In this document: in pieces, positions 12,037-27,000 of the stretch
Layout: each line of letters begins with the position of its first letter
How positions within the stretch are numbered: position 1 is the first letter of the stretch
From: Balanoglossus misakiensis
Taxonomy: Eukaryota; Animalia; Hemichordata
NCBI GenBank assembly: GCA_040954595.2
Contig: CM082598.2
Span: 7,641,097-7,705,096 of the forward strand
Direction of reading: 5' to 3'
Length of the DNA: 64,000 nt
Translations under genes and position numbers: made by a program
The notes under the pieces: generated by a model
The model's database searches: none
The model's input: the letters and a program-made list of their open reading frames with translations, nothing else
What the model was told of the DNA's origin: nothing

Positions 12037-15000
12037 CTGTGAATAAACAATGGAACATTTCTTTTATAATGGGGAAAAAAATACTTATGTTTTGAGACAC
12101 AATTTCATTTGAATAAATATCTTACTGACACACATACCATTATGTAGATGTGTGCATGGCTGATCATACATGGGGAAACCGCGAAACCCAGGCCAAGTCT
12201 AGCCTTGCCTGGCCAAACCATCTCAGCTATAGTGATCGAAAACAACCTCATCAGAAACGCCACAATATTACCACTGGTAGTTTAGGGACAATGTCGGGCT
12301 ATACCCACACTAGTGATACACATGGACCACAAAAACATGTTTATAGCAGAGGGCATGTTCTGTTTTTTTCTCAGTCTTGAATCCCTGTCTAGATCCTCAG
12401 CAAAAGGCTATGTCAACCCTTTCACCCCAGATCCCTCTTAAGGGTTAAATTTGTATGACACCGATCATGACCAAACTAACAGAGCACTTAACGGTTGACA
12501 CAGCACACCCCCTGTCAACAAATTTTCCAGCTTTATTTATGGTTTCTATATTAGTACTTGCTTTTCATATCCCATGGTTTATATGTTCAAGTCAATGATG
12601 CCCTCTATTTTTGATGAACCCTGGCATTGTTAGGTTTTAAAGAATTTCTAGAAAACTTTCAGAACTCCTATTGGTCTTTGGAAAGGTTTTATCAGTAATT
12701 GTTCTGTGATAAACACAATTGCAGTACTGTACTTTCTCCAAACTTTGCTAGAACATTTTCCTGTAGTATGACTTCATACTGTAAAACAGGTTATTTTTGT
12801 GACATGAAATTTCGCGATATCAAAAGAAGCACCTGTTATGCATGGAGTAATTTTGGCTTTCTCGTATTTCACTAGCTGCTTCACTATCCCCGAAAAAACA
12901 TTTTAGACGACTTTTTATTTTCACATCTTTTGGGGCTCTCGCGTATTTCACGAAAATTTATTGCTCGCGAAAATAACACATTTTACAGTATCCTTCATGG
13001 ATTTCTTAACCTATTGATCAAGTGGGGTAATGTCATCAGCAATAACTTCTATAATAAACTTACCTCCCCAAGGTAGTGAAGATATCTTGTAGCTTTCTTT
13101 AGAAACTCTTCATCAATGATCAGATCTAACTCTTTTACTCTTTCTACATATGTTTTCCATTTGATGACCGGGAAATTGCTCACAATCCATTCGCTTTTTT
13201 TATCAAGTATCTTATCACACAACTTTGGTATGTATTCTTCTCTCTGTAACATTAACACACCAACATATACCAGGTTCAGGCAGGGTGAAATTCGAAACGT
13301 TTCAGCGACACTATTTGCCTATAGTAAACACAGAGCATTAATCTTTTCAGTTGCATTGTGTCCACACACACACAAAGTTTATGTATAGGTGCTGAGGCTC
13401 AGCCCTGTAGACAATTGGGTTGCGGAGAGGTGTTAATCCTTACACTGGCTCAGGTCTGACCAAAGCCGTCTCAAATCTGAGAAGTTTCAGGACCACTGAA
13501 ACCCTTCAAACTTATTCATTTATGCCAGTATTTGATCTGAGATGTTTCAGAAACGTCATAATGATCCCTGTGTGACCCCATAATACTGTTGTTTGGTGAA
13601 ATGAACATTCAGAAAGATCAACTCGAACAATACTGGCAACAGTGATATTCACCCTGTACAGACACAGCCCATTATTTTAGACAGTTCTGATACCCAGTAA
13701 GTCAAAAGTATACAACCTTGACTTATTTCCCACTGATTAGAGTTCAGTTATTGCTATCTGATGGTTGGCTGTCTTGGACTCTATGCATTACATGACATTA
13801 AAATGTGATGTAAGCATGCCTTTGTCAAATATGGCCCTAATGAATTGACATGTTCAATCCTGTCACACATTACAGAATATTGATATAACCATACCTTTGC
13901 ACTTCGTAGGCATTCACGCAATCTGTGCATATCATTATGCCGTGAGTTGTGACAATTCAGTATGAATGTCTCATCAAGAATATTCAGGTATTTGCCAAAG
14001 GTCTTCTGAGCTGTCTGGAGTATTTCCCTCATCACCAATTCAGCTATCAAGAAAAAGTAATAACCTTTCTGATAGGTTTTTATTTACAAAGTATGGACAT
14101 GTACACAGAATAGGCCACTTTACTGTTTTGTATAAAGCATCCGGTGAAATTCTACATCAATCACACTATCTGAATAGGTAAAATGTTGAATATGAACTTG
14201 ACTTGTTAGTTTATTGTTTGTAAAAGCAAGTACAGATATCTGGAGATTTAGGTTCTTACAGGAATGAGGTAAGACTTGGATAAATTGGGCTCGGTTAGCT
14301 TCGTAAAAAGTCACCCAGCTTCAACCCTTTCAGCAAATGGATCCATTCGACCAATCATAGAGTGGCTTTCCAAATGTTACGGAACTGTCCATGCATTTCT
14401 AATGTTCAAGTTAGTTTGTTTTGTCACAACTCCAGTTTTCTGACTGGCTTGAGTGTAATATATGCATGTATTCATGATGACGTAGAGTGCGCATGCGTAG
14501 TAATAAACTGTACTACAAGTCTCCCTGAAGTTTAATGAACAACTAGCTGCTGTGTCCTCTTGTGCTCTCATTGAATATATCCCAGATATATCACATTGAG
14601 AAAGGGTGAGAACGAAACATAGATCTCCTATGACATAGGTTCAGATGTAGTGTGGGTGTCCCTTCCGAACAGAACAGCCAAGAATCAGCAAAGGTAAAGA
14701 CGGCGCCCAACACTACATCTTATTTTAATCAGATTGACTGTACTCCCACACCAGGCTCCCAATTGTGTGAATACCCTCGCTCTTGTCACCTATTATCTAA
14801 ACATGTACTGAACATACCTTCTTTCTTGTGTTCTGCTTTCAACAAATCAGCCTTGCTTCCAATCAATATCACTTTCGGTTTACTCCCACCCTCATCCATA
14901 TCTTGTGGTATGATTGCCTTAAGGAATGCAAGCCATGATGTCACCTATTAAAGAAAGACATGAAGAAGAATATAAAGTCATCAATCATATTATCTTCAAT

Positions 15001-18000
15001 CAGTCCCTAAATCTGGATAAAAACAAAAAGAGATAAATGTTTCACAAATATATATACTGTGCCATTCATCTTTACTTTAATTTCATTCACAATATTGCAC
15101 CACCTAATTCACTGATGCACTGCTTAGTAATATAAAAAACATTGTAATATATGCACTGTGCCCTTCCTGAGTTTCATCTTTACCTTAATTCCATAATTGC
15201 CCAAAATAATAATATCACTTATCATCAGTAACAAAAAAACAACGACCCACCTCTTGTCTCTGCTGTTGCATAAGTTTTCTTGGTGTCCAAACTACATCCT
15301 GCTTGTCATCAGCCATTTTGAAGACCAATAAAACCACTGCATTCTCTACTCTTAAGAACATATTATGTGTGACATAGTATTCGGTTTGTCCTGCAAAGTC
15401 CCACACACTGAACTTGCCAATCTTGGGTATGGACAATGTGGCTACATCTATACCGGGTGTCGGTGTGTACTGCATGTTCCCTGGTAAAGGTGCTTTCTCT
15501 TCTGACCGTCGAGTCAGTTTTGCTTGCACAAAGTTCTGCATTGTAATATATGGACATAAGTGACGATTGTCTCACAATTTAGAGGTTGTAAACTTATAAA
15601 CGGCAAGCGAGAGAATTTGGTTGCAGATCTAAGACCTCCCAGGTGAAACTTAGCATATTTTGCAGGAAATAATCACTGAGCAAGGCGAGGCGTTCTGTTC
15701 TACATGACCCATTTCGGTTATTTTTTAGTTATTCACTGTTCAGGGTCCAGGTCTTCTTGTCGAGGATATAAACCGCAACTCGAGCCAATCAGCGAGCTGG
15801 ATTAATGCCAATCATATTGTAATAATATAAAATATTTGAAGAATTGGTTGGTCAACAAAATATGTACCCTGATTTCCACTGAAATGTAGTCTTGATGAAA
15901 ACTTTGATATTTGCACAAATCCTTCACTCCTCACAAACAGCAATAATTGGTATTTATCATTAAAAGATTTCTACACACCCGCTGCAATGATTCTTTGAGT
16001 GTAGTTTTGCCATTCCCACCGTATCCAGCTAACACAATCTTTGTAGTATTACGTTTGACACCAGGTTGTCTCATGAGCATAGTGAATTCTTGTTGGCAGG
16101 AAAACACCTGTCAGAATTTGAACAGATATGTTATGTGTTATATATATGGGAAATTTTTACACTGAATTTACATGCCTTTCAATTAAACACCATGTCTTCA
16201 AAGATGTCACATGACATTTTGCTTCAGAAAAGATATTGATAAAAACGCTAGTATAAAAAACATAATTTACATTGTTAACTACACTATTATGATGTGCTTA
16301 TGATGTGGAAGCTATCATTAACACTATAGAAATAATGCATAGTTAAAGCCTCATGAGCTGCCAAATTTAACATATTTTTCCCATAACTTGTATTTGCATA
16401 AGTTTGTCATCTCTTTGTGACGCATACCTCGATAGTTGTGTACTCTTTGTGTATATTCAACATTGTTATTTTGCAAAATTTGAATTGAAGTCTGGATTAG
16501 AATTCATGAGTCAACAATAACAATTGTTGTTACAGAGACAGGCAATATACACAAGCTGAGTACTGGGCATATTAGCATGCAGTTTGGAGAAGAACATGAA
16601 ATTGCATTTTGTACACAAAAGGAAACAAATCTGGAAATAAAGCCAAAACTTATAGCTAATGTCCCTTTAATGCCTTCCTAGCTGGCACAATAGAATAAGT
16701 ATGTAGTTAACAATTTATATGACTGTCTGGTTTTATGTTTTCCATGTTATAAATATAGAAGATAAATTCAAATACACTAGTGCTATGATATTTTGCACAG
16801 CCGTTCATTATCAACATTATGACATACCTTATGATGGTTGATCAGGTCTCTTTTGACATCTCTGTCATACACTGAGTTTATAACTGCCTGTATTTTCATT
16901 GATGAAAACAGAACATATATGATTGAATGAACAAGCTGTAAAGTACATTTGATATATGACAATTTTACAACACCATGCATATTACGGACACTATTGTTAA
17001 ATAATTTTGGTAAAAAATAAATGGATTTAAATATCCATGTGTCAGGTGGGAGTTGCTGGTAAGCTTTAAAATCTGGTCAATGAGCATCTTTTAGAACAAC
17101 AGAAAGAGCGAATTGGCAAATAACTGAAATACAGTCAAGTCTCACAGTCCAAATTGGCCAGTCATTAGTGACTTTCCTTAACTGGCCTTAATAGACAGGT
17201 CAATAAATGCCCATGTTAACTGAACAGAGACTATAACAAAGTGGCCACTATATAGAGGTGGTAACTTTGACTGAATTATCAAAAGTGAGTAACTTTGCCC
17301 TTTTAAATCTAACTCAAGACTTGCCTGATATACTTTCTCATTGTCAAAATGACATTCCACAAAAGCTCTTGCAATATTGATGCCTGCAACCCTGTGAATG
17401 TTTCTTCCTGCCTCTTTACAAGGAGTCACTCCTTTCTGAAAATGGATCACAAATTTTCATAGATGAATTCATGAATCACATGATTAAAGCATGCACACCT
17501 ATAAGTCAAATTTTATCAGTTTTTTTTTTTAATTAATGGATGTATTGCTATAGTTCTTGTTTATTATATCACCAAATCGTTTTAAAGAACTACTATATTG
17601 ACTACTACCGGTACAATGAAAGAATGAGGTTATGTTATGCCAATGGAGATAGGCACATGTGTCTCTATATACCAGTTTCATTTTCACAGCAATAAGCAAC
17701 ATATAGAACATCACATACACTTCTACGACTATTGGCACTGCTGATCTGCATCTTATCTGAAACCACAAGCAGGATGTGGTTTTCGTACCTGCTAGTATTC
17801 TTTAAATATTCGGCACAACAATAATTTATTCAATATCAAATGATGTCAGATGCAGTAACGTTGGCATTCAAATTTCCAGATGACGGGCAACTTCAGCAAC
17901 GTGGTGCAGACAAAGACTGTGCAGACGAAACGCCATGACGCTGATGAGGCACCATGTCTAATACATGTACATGTTAGGTGTCTGGCGGTTCTAAAGTATA

Positions 18001-21000
18001 AATGTAGCCAGAAAAAACTTTTACTATATTTAGAAATATTGCTTCCATCACCTGGATGTGGTCAGAACACGTGATTGATATCAAAGAATATTTTGGGATG
18101 AAAACCTGGTAGGAGGGTATACTCCTCAATGAATATCAACCAACACATCCACTTGATGTATTTGTAAATATGTGGAGTATGATGAAGACTTCCAATTAAT
18201 TTCCTTCAATACAATGATTGTTCAAAATTGATCAACAATAACCACATCAAAGTCACAGCCCTTATTGCGAGGTTTACAATAGTTTTCTGCATACTATTGG
18301 GTCATTGTCTGACAGATAATTCTGATTCATTGATTGACAAAGAAAGAAAGGAATGAAAATTGTTTCCACACCTGCCTGTATAACACCTGACCGGATAGAG
18401 GGAGCAGTTTTGATTCAAAGGACAATGACAAATTATATGGCATATGCTGCATAATGCAAAGGGGTCTCCTTTATGTTAGTCATGAAGGAGGAGCATGATA
18501 ACAATGTCACAAAAATTGAAATGTACTGTGAAATTTCCTTAAACAAACAAAAAAAACAAATGAATGAATACATGTTTCCATACTGATAGAGTTAATCTAC
18601 ATAAGTCAGGTTGGTATTTACCTTGTTTTGTATGGTCACATCAGCGTTGTGTTCCAATAACAATTTGACATGGCCTTCATCACAATCCCTTAATGCATAA
18701 TGCAAAGGGGTGTCTCCATCCTGTAAGTAATGAAGGAGGAGCATGAGAACAAAAATTGAAATGTAATGTTAAATTTCCTTAAACAAACAAACAAACAATC
18801 AAAACAAATAAATGAATAAATCTTTCCAAATTGATAGATTAACCTTAAGAAGTCAAGTTGGTATTTACAGACTGGACGATGTTGATCAAAGGGGAAATAA
18901 AACAGAAAATTGAGAGATGTGAAGATTTATGTAGTAACAGATCAAACATCTGTGCTAATCAAACTATGTTTATTTCCTATAAGAGGGCATCAGACTGTTT
19001 GCAGCACAAAGTAGCCAAGCTGTGCAGACTGGACGATGTCGATCAAAGGGGGAAATAAAAGAGAAATTTTAGAGATGTGAAGATTAATGTAGAAACAGAT
19101 CAAACATCTGTGCTAATCAAACTATGTTTATTTCCTATAAGAGGGCATCAGACTGTTTGCAGCACAAAGTAGCCAAGCTGTGCAGACTGGACGATGTCGA
19201 TCAAAGGGGGAAATAAAAGAGAACTTTTATAGATGTGAAGATTAATGTGGAAACAGATCAAACATCTGTGCTAACCAAACTATGTTTATTTCCTGTAAGA
19301 GGGCATCAGACTGTTCTCAGCACAAAGTATTCAAGCTGTGCAGACTGGACGCTGTCGATCAAAGGGGAAATAAACGAGAAATTTTAGAGATGTGAAGATT
19401 TATGTAGAAACAGATCAAACATCTGTGCTAACCAAACTATGTTTATTTCCTGTAAGAGGGCATCAGACTGTTCTCAGCACAAAGTAGTCAAGCTGTGCAG
19501 ACTGGACGCTGTCGATCAAAGGGGAAATAAAAGAGAAATTGTGGAGATGTGAAGATTTATGTAGAAACAGATCAAACATCTGTGCTAACCAAACTATGTT
19601 TAATTCCTGTAAGAGGGCATCAGACTGTTCTCAGCACAAAGTAGCCAAGCTGTGCAGACTGGATGGTGTCAATCAAAGGGGAAATTGAAGAGAAATTAGA
19701 GAGATGTGAAGATTTATGTAGAAACAGATCAAACATCTGTGCTAACCAAACAATGTTTATTTCCTGTAGGAGGGCATCAGACTGTTCTCAGCACAAAGTA
19801 GCCAAGCTGTGCAGACTGGACGATGTTGATCAAAGGGGAAATAAAAGAGAAATTTGAGAGATGTGAAGATTTACGTAGAAACAGATCAAACATCTGTGCT
19901 AACCAAACTATGTTTAATTCCTGTAAGAGGGCATCAGACTGTTTGCAGCACAAAGTACTAAGCTGTGCAGACTGGACGCTGTCGATCAAAGGGGAAATAA
20001 AAGAGAAATTTTAGAGATGTGAAGATTTATGTAGAAACAGATCAAACATCTGTGCTAACCAAACTATGTTTATTTCCTGTAGGAGGGCATCAGACTGTTC
20101 TCAGCACAAAGTAGCCAAGCTGTGCAGACTAGACTGTGGTATCCGTCAACACATCAGACAGACCAAAATATCTGTCAAACTAAACGGATTTATTCACGAA
20201 ACTCGCACACACAACACATGTGCTTAGCGCCTCATAAACGCTATACAAACGTAATACAACACACTGCGCATGCTCAAAGCTGCAGAGGAATGTGGGAGTG
20301 TCAGTACACTACATCCCTCCTTTCTTCAAACCTGAGATCTATCTCAATGCAAACAGATGCATAACAATTGAAGAGTCTCTAAATCTCAGACAATAAAATA
20401 TCATCAGTGTCCTCGGTAAAATGTCATGTGAAACAAACATCTGAACAGTGTTCTTTCATATTGTCCGATCCATACTGAAACACTAAAAATGAACAAAGTT
20501 TTGTTAAGCATGGATGACTGAAAAGTGAACCAAAACTCAGAAGTTCAACAAACAGTTTTCAAAACAGTTTTCAATGGGCACATCAGTTTGTGGTGAGTCC
20601 GCGGCTACCCATTGGACATAACAAAGTCTTCATATCGCTGGGGCATCCTGGTGACTCTCACTGGTCTGGAGCTGCTAGCTTGCCTGGCTGGACTGTTGAC
20701 AACTTCTCCTGGCTGTTCTGATGGCTGCGGGTCGGCATTCAGCTCTCTATCCACACTGATACATCCATCTTGTTCACTTCCATCATCTTTCTGTTTGTAC
20801 TTCTTAAGAAATGTGACGTTTCTTCTGTACTCGGATCCTCCTTTTCCTTGTATGGTTACTTCTGCTCCTTCTTTCTTCACCACCTTGTACGTGCTCGGCT
20901 CGAAGTTAGGTGACATCTTGTTGGCTTTGGTGTTTTCCAACAACAGTTTGTCACCAACTCCTATTTGACTGTCTGTTGCTCGTCTCTTCGCATCTGCATA

Positions 21001-24000
21001 TTCCTTTCCAATCAGCTTTCTGGACCGATCCCTGTCACGAATTACTTCGTCCTCAATGGATTGTTCTCTTCGCAGTTCTGGCAGTTTGGACTTCATTTCA
21101 CGGCCAAACGTCAGGTAGTACGGCGTACATCCTGTAGTCACCTGAGGTGTTGATCGGTAAGCTGTCAGGAATTTTGACAGTTCAACACGCCAGTTCTTCT
21201 TCTAGATCTGCGCTATATGTAGTGCTTTCATCAATGACCAGTTCTGTCTCTTGACTTCACCATTTGCCTGTGACCACAAAGTTGTAGTCATTCTATGTTC
21301 AATTCCGTGTTCTTTGAGAAAGTTCTCAAATTCATCTGAGACAAGCTGTGGTCCGTTGTCTGTTCTCAGTGAACGTGGTACTCCGAATCGTGCGAATATA
21401 GGCAACAGTGCTTCGATGATCTTCGCACTCGTTGTAGACTTCATCACTACCGCTTCATAGAATCTGCTGTAGTAGTCCACTACTACCAATATACTTTTGC
21501 CACAGGGTAGAGGACCTAACAGATCAGCGCTGCAGTCTTGCCAAGGACCACTGGGGGAGTCACTCGTGCCATAGGTTCAGGTGCTGAATATTCACCAACA
21601 ACTTGACAACCGTGGCAAGATTTACAAATCTGCTCTGCGCTCTTGTCCATCTTGGGCGACCATACTTTCGTACGGAGTCGATTTTTCATTTTCACAATAC
21701 CTTGGTGCCCTTCGTGCGCCAACTGTAGCACTTGCTGTCTCAGTGTCTGTGGGATCACAATTCTTGTGCCTCTGAGTAACAGCTCGCCATACGAACATAA
21801 CTCGTCCTTCACATGAATGTAGCTGGGAATACTGCATTCCTGCGAGTTTCCTGTACGGATGCATTCTTTGACATGGTTCAGCTCAGGGTCATCCGCCGAC
21901 GCCCTTTCTATCTCACGTGGTGTCAGAGCAACTGGAGTACTGTTCTCTGCAATCTGATGAACGATGTCGTACTTCTCGCCCATATCACGCTGTGTACTGG
22001 AGTTCAGTCGCGATAATGCATCAGCAATATTAGTCTTACCGGGTCGGTAGACTACTGTGAAATCATAGGCTTGCAGGCGCAACACCCATCTCTCTACACG
22101 TGCAGACGGTTCGGACTTTCTTGTGTATATATATTCCAACGGCTTGTGATAAGTTTCGAGTTCAAACTGTCTACCAAATATATAGAGGTTGAACCGCTTA
22201 CAGGACCAAACAAGAGTTTCTATTTCGGTCTGGCTATACCGCTGCTCAACATCTGAAAGTCTTCGGGAAGCATACGAAATTGCTCGCCACTCACCATCCT
22301 GCAACTGCATCAATACTGCTCCCAGAGCAAATGGGGAGGCATCTGCTACAATCCTCGTCTGGCAGTCTACTCTGAAATATCCCAGTGTGTCAGCTTGGGT
22401 GATCAGCTTCTTCAGCTTCTCAAATGCTGTCTGGTGGTCGTCGCCCCATACAAACTGAACATCTTTCCTAATAAGTCTCTGAATAGGTTCTGCCACTGTC
22501 GATAGGTGTGGCATAAACTTCGCCACAAACTGAACTAGACCCATGAAAGATCTCGCTTCTGCTGCATTCTTTGGCGGCTCTGCGTCCTGTATTGCTGCAA
22601 CTTTCTCTTCACTTGGCTCAATTCCTCGCTGGGTAACTTGATGACCAAAGAAAGTTAGCCTGGAAAGTCGAAATTGACACTTTTTGCATTCAGCGTCAAT
22701 CTCACTTATCTGAGTCGATCCAACACTGCTCTCAGTCTTTTGTCGTGTTCCTCAAGACCATCACCGTGCACTATCAGATCATCTGCGATGTTGTTTACCC
22801 CTTCACATCCTCGAAGGACATCTTTGATGATTTTCTGGTATTTCTCCGGTGCAGAGGAAAGACCAAACATTAGCCTGGTATACCTATACAGGCCTCGATG
22901 TGTTGCAAATGTTGTGATGTGTCGACTCTCATCGCTCAGTTGGATTTGATGGAAACCCCATTTCAGATCCAAACACGAAATACTGTTCTGCCTTTCAGAT
23001 CATGCAACAATTCTTCCACTATAGGAATAGGCTGGCGTTCTCTGACAATCGCCTCATTGGCACGTCTCATATCAACACAGATACGTACGTCACCATCTGC
23101 TTTTGGTATCACCACCAGTGGGGAAACCCATCCCGTCGGTCCCTCTGGTACTTCCTCAATGAAACCAATTTCCAACAGTTCATCCATTTTTTTCATCTAC
23201 TTTCTCTCTCAGGCCGTAGGGGACTCTTCTCACGGGCTGTGCAACTGGCTTTACCGACTCATCTATGTTTAACTTCAACTCATAGTCTTTCAGAAGACCC
23301 ATGCCGCTCAGCACATCTCCATAATCTTCCCGTATGTCACTGCCTGAATTTCCACCAACATTCAAGTTATGTGTATCAACTTGATCTGGCCCAACACGAA
23401 TTAGATTCACCGTCTCAGCTGTCTCTTTACACAGAAAACTTTTCCCTTTGCCCTCGATGACAATATAAAGTCTGCTCGGCATGATGTTCCATTCGGTGTC
23501 ACTATATCAGCTGTAACAGTACCTAAAGTTGGTAATGGCTTCGTGCTGCCATATGCATACAGCACTTTTGTGTCCCTGCGTGATGTACACTAGATACTTT
23601 TAGACTTCAACCATTCCCAGGTCGGCTGGCTGATCAAGTTACATGTCGCCCCAGAGTCTATCAGGACATCAGGTAAGTCTACTCCACCCACCTGTAGTGT
23701 GACGTTACCGTTGTGACCGCATGCAACATCTTTGACAGTGAAAGCATAATGATGGTGTGCATATTCACCTGGCATATCATTCTGTGGCTTGGCAGAATAA
23801 CTCACATCAACGTAGTTTGTACTTGCACTGTTTTCTGTCTTGCTTTTCTGGCTAGACTTCACTTTACCCCTGCCCATCTGTTTTTGTTGATGTTGTTTAC
23901 CAGGAAGCAGCCTTGGACATCTCACCTTGAAATGACCACCTTCATAACTGGAAGCGTTAAAATGCGGGTTGCGGTCTGCGGGTTGCGGGCCGCGGGTTGC

Positions 24001-27000
24001 CGATTGCGGGTCGTAAAATATGGTTGTGTTTTGATAATGAAAGAATAATAATATTATAATGTCAACAGAAACGATCAAATGATTGCTTCCCAGAAGTTAA
24101 ATTTACACAATTTGCGCCATAACTCCAGCAGCGGACTTTGACCCTCACACTCACTACTTTGTGCGAGGTCTCATTAGCATAATCCCAGTCACTTCCAGCG
24201 GGTAGTACTCACTGAAATACGTAAACAGTTCGTGAGTTTTTCACGAAAGGAGTTTTGGGACCAGAAATAATCAGAGTTCAGGCTTGTATAGGTCGTTTTA
24301 TTGAATTACGCTCACTTTGCTTTCTGTTGCCGTTCAAATGTTCCTACACGAGTCGGGTCGTTGCAACTACACGATTAGAATGGGGTTGGCCCGCAGCTAG
24401 CTGTCCATGGGAGTAATGAGCCCCTGCATGGGAACCATGTCGATCCGAACATAGCAGCATTATATCAGATCATTTCACAACCACAACGTGACACAGAGAT
24501 GCATTCGATCTTCGCTGCGATTTTTATTCTGATTTTTATTTATTGTCAACCCGCAGCCCGCACATTAATCACTTTCCTTCATCACACAATCTGCACTTTT
24601 GGCCTCTCGCTGGGCACTTCTCATCTCTTGCAAAGTGTCCTGTACGTCCACATTTGTAGCAACATTTCTTACTGCTGTGTGGTTTCCGGTTACCAGACTG
24701 TACACTGCTTTTACTATTACCACCAATAGCATTGACATGACCATGGGTTTTGCTTTCACCAATCATTGTTTTCATCTGACAGTCAACAGCTTCTTGTGCT
24801 CGGGCAATCAGTGTCACATTGCCTTCTTTTACAAGGAATTCACGGCGTAAATTCGGAGAATAGCACTTATCTATCAGTTGATCTCTGATGCAATCGTCTT
24901 TCTTTGCACTAAAATCACACGTTGCTGCTCGCTGTCTTAGCTTGCGCACGAACTGATCAATGGTGTCATCGCTAGACTGGCTGATTTGTCTGAACAAATG
25001 TCTCTCTAAGGGTACGTTCGCTTTCGGTATAAAGTATTCGTCAAGTACCTTCATCGTGTCCTTATAATTGTTTTTCACGTCCTCGCCCACGAGCGTGTAG
25101 TACACGTCTTGTACACCGAGTCCGGCTGTGTGCAACAGGAGTGCTTGCTTCTGTACGTCAGCTGTCACACCCTTCCCTATCAAGTACAGTTCAAAAGCTC
25201 GTTTCCACTTTCCATCGCTGAGAAGCAGAATTGGGATCGTCGCTGACGTCAAACGGTTGGAGACTGCGGATTTGCGTCGACAAAGGAACCACATTTCCAG
25301 CACCTATACCGGCGTTTTCAGCTTGCGACATCACAGCAACTGAAATTGGGTGTACTCACAGAGAGAAAAATTGGCTTCTTTACGGACTTTCGGGACGATA
25401 ATCTCCTTCCTAACAGCCGTTATCCTCGTCGCCAGATGTGGTATCCGTTAACACATCAGACAGACCAAAATCTCTGTCAAACTAAACGGATTTATTCACG
25501 AAACTCGCACACACAACACATATGTGCTTAGCGCCTCATAAACGCTATACAAAACGTAATACAACACACTGCACATGCTCAAAGCTGCAGAGGACTGTGG
25601 GAGTGTCAGTACACTACAACTCGGGTCAAAGGTCAACAGTGTTCAGGATACTACAATACTTTAAATGTGTCAACTGCTCAATCTAATATTCATTTCTTTT
25701 TAACAACAAGAAATGAATATTCACAAACTCCTAGCAGAAAAAGAAAGATCGAATCGACTCTAATCTTTTTATATGATTTCCATCTGACTGTTAATAAAAG
25801 AATCATCCAAAATTTCCACTGTTTTTATGAAGTTGTAAGTACACGTGTAACCATGTTATCCATAATGAAGTAATAAGTCAGTTAACGTACCCCATCCTTC
25901 GCGTTGACATCTGCACCATGGCTAATCAACACCCTTACAGCATCCAATCGACCTTCCCTGGACGCTGCATGCAATGCTGTCCAACCATACTGGAATGAAG
26001 ACGTTTAGAGTTGGAATATAAATGACATCACAAATCTGATACTTGAAATGTGTGTCAACTGCTTGGTCTTTTGATGAAGAAACTCTAGGAATTTCATCAC
26101 AATGAGCTTCAGTCACTCTTGTAATTATGTTTTTGATTTAAGATGGTGTGCTATTTCAGTAATAGACTGAGATCGATTTGAAACTGATAGATCATAATAA
26201 TGGTATTTTTTTCTGAGGTTGAGTGACAATTCTCTATGACCGAAATACATGTATACAGTAAAACCTGTCTAAACCGAACACCAAAGGGACAGAAGAAATT
26301 GTTCAGTTTACAGACATTTCCGGTTTGTAAAGGTTCTTTTAACACATGGTTCTATGTCAAAGGGACAGGAAAATGTGTAATTCATTACAGACAGTTTTCC
26401 ATATAAGACATTTCGACCGTTTTTACTGCATGTGGTTGAACCACATTGAACAAAACTGTAGACTGATACCATAATCATGCTGGGTAAAACTGGAATTATT
26501 GATGAAAACGTCTGTGCTGAATTGAGATTATTTATATTTGTGGGCAAGTTTAGGTCTGTTTTTGCACAATCTAAATGTTATGTTTCGATATCACTTGGGG
26601 AGTGTGTGGTATTTTGGGAGTTCATAGATATCTAGTTGATTCAGTATTATTGTTGTGTGAAAAGCCAGTCAATCATATGGCGTTCACACAGTGACTATTG
26701 AAATGTTTCTGAAACGTATCTGCTCAAATTCTGGCATAAAATATTACATGTGAACAGTTAAAGTGGTCCTAGAACGTTTCAGATTTGAGACGGTTTTGGC
26801 TGGCCACACCTGTGGTGTAAAGGATTAACATCTCTCCACAACACATTGTCTATGTGGCGATCTAGTTCCAGGGTCTATGCTTTAACTTTGTGTGTGTGTG
26901 AGTGTGTGTGTGTATGTGTGTGTGTATGTTTGTTTATGTGTGTGTGTGAGAGAGAGAGAGAGAGAGTTTGTGCTTGCGTGAGGACACAAACCAGCACAAA

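Noticed and set aside
18858-20014. Short ORFs in the 157-bp tandem repeat as possible coding repeats or exons
   Set aside because: Unit length is mostly not a multiple of three, with stops and indels between units and no ankyrin similarity.
25422-25434. tRNA gene
   Set aside because: Only 13 nt matching a tRNA-Ser 3' end; it is the retrotransposon primer-binding site.
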